Below are positions 16,331-19,769 of a stretch of DNA of 19,769 nt, piece after piece. The DNA comes from Candidatus Eiseniibacteriota bacterium (GTDB lineage Bacteria > Arandabacterota > Arandabacteria > Arandabacterales > Arandabacteraceae): the NCBI GenBank assembly GCA_043810925.1, contig JBDRNT010000001.1:1-19769 (forward strand), written 5' to 3'. The stretch's first letter is position 1; each line of letters begins with the position of its first letter. The position numbers were made by a program, and so were the translations under genes. Below the pieces are notes generated by a model, which saw only the letters and a program-made list of their open reading frames with translations, was not told the DNA's origin and did no database searches.

Positions 16331-17311
16331 ATGAGGGAAGAGGAATACATAGGCTACCTTCGCTCAAGGAACCAGACCGATGAAGCGATCTCAGCTGCCG
16401 TGGGGTATGTTAAGGAGTTGGAGCAGCACCTATCCGCCAAAGGCAAGGGCCTCGACTCACTCGATGTAAGTGACGTAAAGCAATATGCAGCCATCCTGAT
16501 CGCCGGGAAGAAGAATACCATGGACAGATTTCTGGCCCTGGCTCGCTACGTCTACATAACCGGCCTGAACGAGGTCTTCATCTATTTCACCGCCATCCTG
16601 AATGGGAGAGAGGTACTGCCTTCGATCTCCGGGCGGCTTGTATCCCTCGCGGGTGAAGCGGCAAGGGATGAAGTTTTCGGGGATGCTGATCTCCCACCGC
16701 TCGGATCACCACCGGAGGCGTACCCAGCGGTAACAGGTCGGCTTGTCGGAAATCTTATGAAGCTCGGTACTGAAGTCTGCCATAGCGTGCTCGCAGGAAA
16801 CCACCACGAGATACCCGTGGCGAGCTTCGACAAGCACAAGCAGTGGTTCAAGGAAGCCGGGAGCATCGACGGATTCTTAGAGAGGGTTCACGGTGAGGCC
16901 GTTGCCGAGCTCGAGCACTACATGAAAGAGGGCAGGGTCTGGTACGAGCAGGAGATCACCCCGGGGATAGTGGAATTCGTCAGGGGCAATCAGGAAGTGC
17001 TCTCCGCAGTCCGCGATGGAGAGTACCTTTATATCACTAAATTTCCATATGCACCCAGGGACTGGCTGGAGGAGACCGACCCCGTGATGAAGCGCTACTA
17101 TGGCTGCCACTGTCCCCTTGCCCGGGCAGCCATAATCGAGGGCAAGCCGAACATACCGCTTGACTGGTGTTACTGTAGTGGTGGCTACACCAAACTCAAG
17201 TTCGATGTGGTCTTTGAAGAACCTACCGAGGTCGAAGTCTTAGAAAGCGTCCTTGCCGGCGATGACAGGTGTAGATTCAGAGTGAAAATCCCCGAGAGTA
17301 AGTTGCAGTAA
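16331..17311 (+). CDS. Cytoplasmic protein with a C-terminal Cys-rich DUF6144/V4R-like domain (326 aa)
   Basis: GGAGGT RBS before ATG 16331, with TGnTATAGT at 16267-16275. C-terminus CHCP...WCYCSGG...VEVLESVLAGDDRCRFRVKIP. Family name recalled from the motif, not searched. Confidence 0.75.
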   Translation: MREEEYIGYLRSRNQTDEAISAAVGYVKELEQHLSAKGKGLDSLDVSDVKQYAAILIAGKKNTMDRFLALARYVYITGLNEVFIYFTAILNGREVLPSISGRLVSLAGEAARDEVFGDADLPPLGSPPEAYPAVTGRLVGNLMKLGTEVCHSVLAGNHHEIPVASFDKHKQWFKEAGSIDGFLERVHGEAVAELEHYMKEGRVWYEQEITPGIVEFVRGNQEVLSAVRDGEYLYITKFPYAPRDWLEETDPVMKRYYGCHCPLARAAIIEGKPNIPLDWCYCSGGYTKLKFDVVFEEPTEVEVLESVLAGDDRCRFRVKIPESKLQ

Positions 17312-17626
17312 AGTCTCTTGATGTTACTCCGACATGCCGGTGAAGCGATTCGGTCCACCCTTCGATCGTCGCAACAGCCTCCGGAGCAGCCTGGCCGGAG
17401 GAGGTCTGTCGGGTACGGGAGCGTATTGCTGTTCCTTGTAAAGCCCATGAGATGCCACACCTCTTTCCGCTTGGTAGTGCATTGCAACAGAGCGTATCTG
17501 GATCCAGAACACGGGTCCGGTTGCTCCGCGGACACAGGGGCGGGCTTGATTGTATTCGCGGATGACTTCCCATAAGGGGTTCAGCCAATCGGTGCCACGA
17601 CTTGCGATCACGGTACTGACACCAGG

Positions 17627-17857
17627 CTACTTCTTTATGTCATGACAGCTCTTGGGGACTTCCCCTCGGCGTTTGGCAAGTGACTCCAACACACCGCCAT
17701 CGCGCGACTTCTTACCCACGAACGTCTCAGGATTCGCCTCAAACGTGTTCTTACAAGCCGGGCAGTCAAAGTAATAGACCTTGCCGCCATACTTCGCAGT
17801 GTACCTTGATTTCTTATCCACCTTGACACCACATACCGGATCTCGTTTGCCGAACAT
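17627..17857 (-). CDS. YHS-domain protein (76 aa)
   Basis: GGAGGTG RBS. RDPVCGVKV...YGGKVYYFDCPACKNTFEANPETF matches the YHS/TRASH pattern. Confidence 0.88.
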   Translation of the reverse strand: MFGKRDPVCGVKVDKKSRYTAKYGGKVYYFDCPACKNTFEANPETFVGKKSRDGGVLESLAKRRGEVPKSCHDIKK

Positions 17858-18000
17858 CAACAATCACCTCCCATACCAACACCACCGTTTTTCAAAACGC
17901 CGCATCGAAGGCAGAAGACCCCCCAAATCTTAATTGGACATGGTCCATCGGGGCATGAGTGCACACACAGGTCAATCCCCATTTTGCCGTCGCGACAGTG

Positions 18001-18450
18001 TTATTCCTCGCGGCAAAGGAGTCTTCCGGTTATGCCTATGGCAAGGATACCTGTGATACTAATCTGGACTAATGGTGATACGCCGATTCCGAGAAGGGTC
18101 GGCATGTGAAAATTGTATGCCCATATCCCCTTCAGGTATACTGCTCTGTATTCTAGTACCGCCGCAACAATCAGGCCTAAGAGCACGAAAGACAATACCC
18201 ATTTCATTTCCCGTCGACTGACCCACAAAAACTTCCTCGACGCCGCGCTAACTCCGAAGTACATGGCGAGGATGATGAGACCGTCTCTCGCCGAGGCCGA
18301 AATCACCATCATCACATATCGCTCAGAGCTGAAGTCGTGGTCTTCAAAGAGGTAAACCGAATGCAAGGCCTCCCACACGAAGTTGAATACGAACGACAAC
18401 GCGAAGACCAGAATGACGATCAGTGCAACCTCAGTAGGGCGCGGTTTCAT
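18001..18450 (-). CDS. Membrane protein with about 4 TM helices, function unknown
   Basis: Four hydrophobic segments. Motifs NFVWEALH, RDG, LEY, WAY..MP..LGIGVSPLVQ. AAAGGAG and GGAG upstream of the ATG. Confidence 0.75.
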   Translation of the reverse strand: MKPRPTEVALIVILVFALSFVFNFVWEALHSVYLFEDHDFSSERYVMMVISASARDGLIILAMYFGVSAASRKFLWVSRREMKWVLSFVLLGLIVAAVLEYRAVYLKGIWAYNFHMPTLLGIGVSPLVQISITGILAIGITGRLLCREE

Positions 18451-18633
18451 GGCTCCAGGATGCTCCTTTCACATAATCATATCCGATGACTCATTGCGCC
18501 ACACAGCGGCCCGAGTGCTTGGTCTCATAGCAACGAGCGCCTTCTATTACATAATCAGCGCCACGGGTGGCTTATAGGCCTCGGTCCCCAGCGCATGGTC
18601 CAGCGGTCACCTTCCTCGCGGACTCTTGAAGCC

Positions 18634-18662
18634 TTGTAAAAAGTTAGCACGGGGGTTACCAT
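18634..18662 (+). promoter_or_regulatory. Putative sigma70 promoter for the P-type ATPase
   Basis: TTGTAA (18634-18639), 17 nt, TACCAT (18657-18662). Confidence 0.55.
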
Positions 18663-18820
18663 TTTGTCAACGTGGCGGAACTGAATCCACCTTTGTGAGT
18701 ACGTGATTGGCTGACGCTAGGTGGCCGAGGAACGCAATGTTCGGGGGGATAGGGAAGTCATCCTCAACCAGGCGAAGGGTGCGGAGGTCACTCTCCCATC
18801 GGCAGAGAGGAGACAGAGTT

Positions 18821-19769
18821 ATGGATGACATGCAAGGAGGGAATGCAGGGAAGCATGCGGCGCACACAGCGGACCGGGCGGGTGAACACACCGGTCGAAA
18901 GCCGCACGCGCAGCATGACATGAGAGATTCGCGCCACGGGCATGCCCATCATGAGCACATGGTTTCCGATTACCGGAAGCGCTTCTGGGTATCGCTAGGC
19001 GTGACCATACCGATCCTGATCCTATCTCCCATGATCAAAGGTCTTCTCGGCTTGGAAACGGCGCTTAGGTTCCCCGGGGACCTTTATGTCCTGTTCGCGC
19101 TCGCTTCCTTTGTCTTCTTCTACGGGGGCTACCCGTTCCTGAAGGGCCTCAGTCGCGAGATTGGGACCAGGCAGCCGGGCATGATGACTCTGATCAGTGT
19201 AGCTATAACGACGGCTTATGTCTACAGTTCCGCCGTGGTATTCGGGCTCGCTGGCAAGATCTTCTTCTGGGAGCTGGCGACGCTTATAGACATAATGCTC
19301 TTAGGTCACTGGATAGAAATGAAATCGGTCATGGGTGCGTCCAGGGCGCTCGAAGAGCTGGCCAGACTCATGCCCTCCGACGCGCACAAAGTGATGTCTG
19401 ACGGGAGCATCTCAGACGTCCCCTTGAGTGATCTACATGTTGGCGACAAGGTGGTTGTCAGGCCTGGGGAGAAGCTGCCGGCGGATGGACAGGTGGCTGA
19501 GGGTGAGACTTCGGTCAACGAGGCAATGCTTACCGGTGAATCGAGACCCGTGCGTAAGTCGGCAGGCGCTACGGTCATAGGCGGCTCCATTAACGGGGAA
19601 GGGTCTGTAACGGTGAGCGTTACGAAGACAGGCAGGGATTCCTTCCTATCACAGGTCATCGACCTGGTGAAGGAAGCGCAGGGAAGTAAATCAAGAACCC
19701 AGGATCTGGCTAACAGAGCAGCTCTTTGGCTTACTGTGATTGCCCTGGCCGGAGGTGCGCTCACGCTCT
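18821..19769 (+). CDS. copB: Heavy-metal P1B-type ATPase, CopB-like with His-rich N-terminus (truncated by the window end)
   Basis: Translated by hand because it is absent from the ORF track. GAGGAG RBS, MDDMQ...HGHAHHEHM, KRFWVSL, YGGYPFL, PGMMTLI, FFWELATLIDIMLLGHWIEM, VRPGEKLPADG, EAMLTGES (TGES from 19532). The CPx and DKTGT motifs lie beyond the window. Confidence 0.9.
   Translation, partial: MDDMQGGNAGKHAAHTADRAGEHTGRKPHAQHDMRDSRHGHAHHEHMVSDYRKRFWVSLGVTIPILILSPMIKGLLGLETALRFPGDLYVLFALASFVFFYGGYPFLKGLSREIGTRQPGMMTLISVAITTAYVYSSAVVFGLAGKIFFWELATLIDIMLLGHWIEMKSVMGASRALEELARLMPSDAHKVMSDGSISDVPLSDLHVGDKVVVRPGEKLPADGQVAEGETSVNEAMLTGESRPVRKSAGATVIGGSINGEGSVTVSVTKTGRDSFLSQVIDLVKEAQGSKSRTQDLANRAALWLTVIALAGGALTL

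Noticed and set aside
19306-19764. 152-aa minus-strand ORF
   Set aside because: Antisense shadow of the P-type ATPase.
1-19769. CRISPR array, tRNA/rRNA, IS or integrase, defence or toxin-antitoxin system, stop-codon recoding
   Set aside because: By eye there are no spaced direct repeats, RNA gene signatures, catalytic recombinase or transposase motifs, or in-frame stops interrupting a recognisable domain.

Overview
A bacterial chromosomal window with no rRNA, tRNA, CRISPR array or mobile element visible. Two proteins end in a PNPF...FlgD-Ig/T9SS-type C-terminal domain, which suggests (inference) a diderm FCB-related lineage such as Eisenbacteria, Krumholzibacteriota or Latescibacterota. In order: (1) the first codons of a divergent minus-strand gene; (2) a sigma70-type promoter and a class-I cobalamin riboswitch whose kissing loop, antiterminator and terminator can all be read from the sequence, controlling a BtuB-like TonB-dependent receptor and a YncE/BtuG-like beta-propeller that has a cleavable signal peptide and a secretion-type CTD instead of a lipid anchor; (3) a small outer-membrane beta-barrel and a Cys-rich lipoprotein; (4) a coupled pair of a cleaved-adhesin/choice-of-anchor-J-like protein and an HExxH metallopeptidase with a CTD; (5) a minus-strand TetR-TolC-HlyD-2x ATPase-2x permease efflux operon (YbhGFSR-like); (6) a cupin and a small Cys-rich protein, divergent from a DUF6144/V4R-like protein; (7) a probable copper cluster: YHS protein, membrane protein and a His-rich P1B ATPase (CopB-like) that is cut by the window end and absent from the ORF track. 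The best candidate for an undescribed system is the riboswitch-controlled receptor plus a putatively secreted B12-scavenging propeller. All family assignments come from motif recognition, not database searches.
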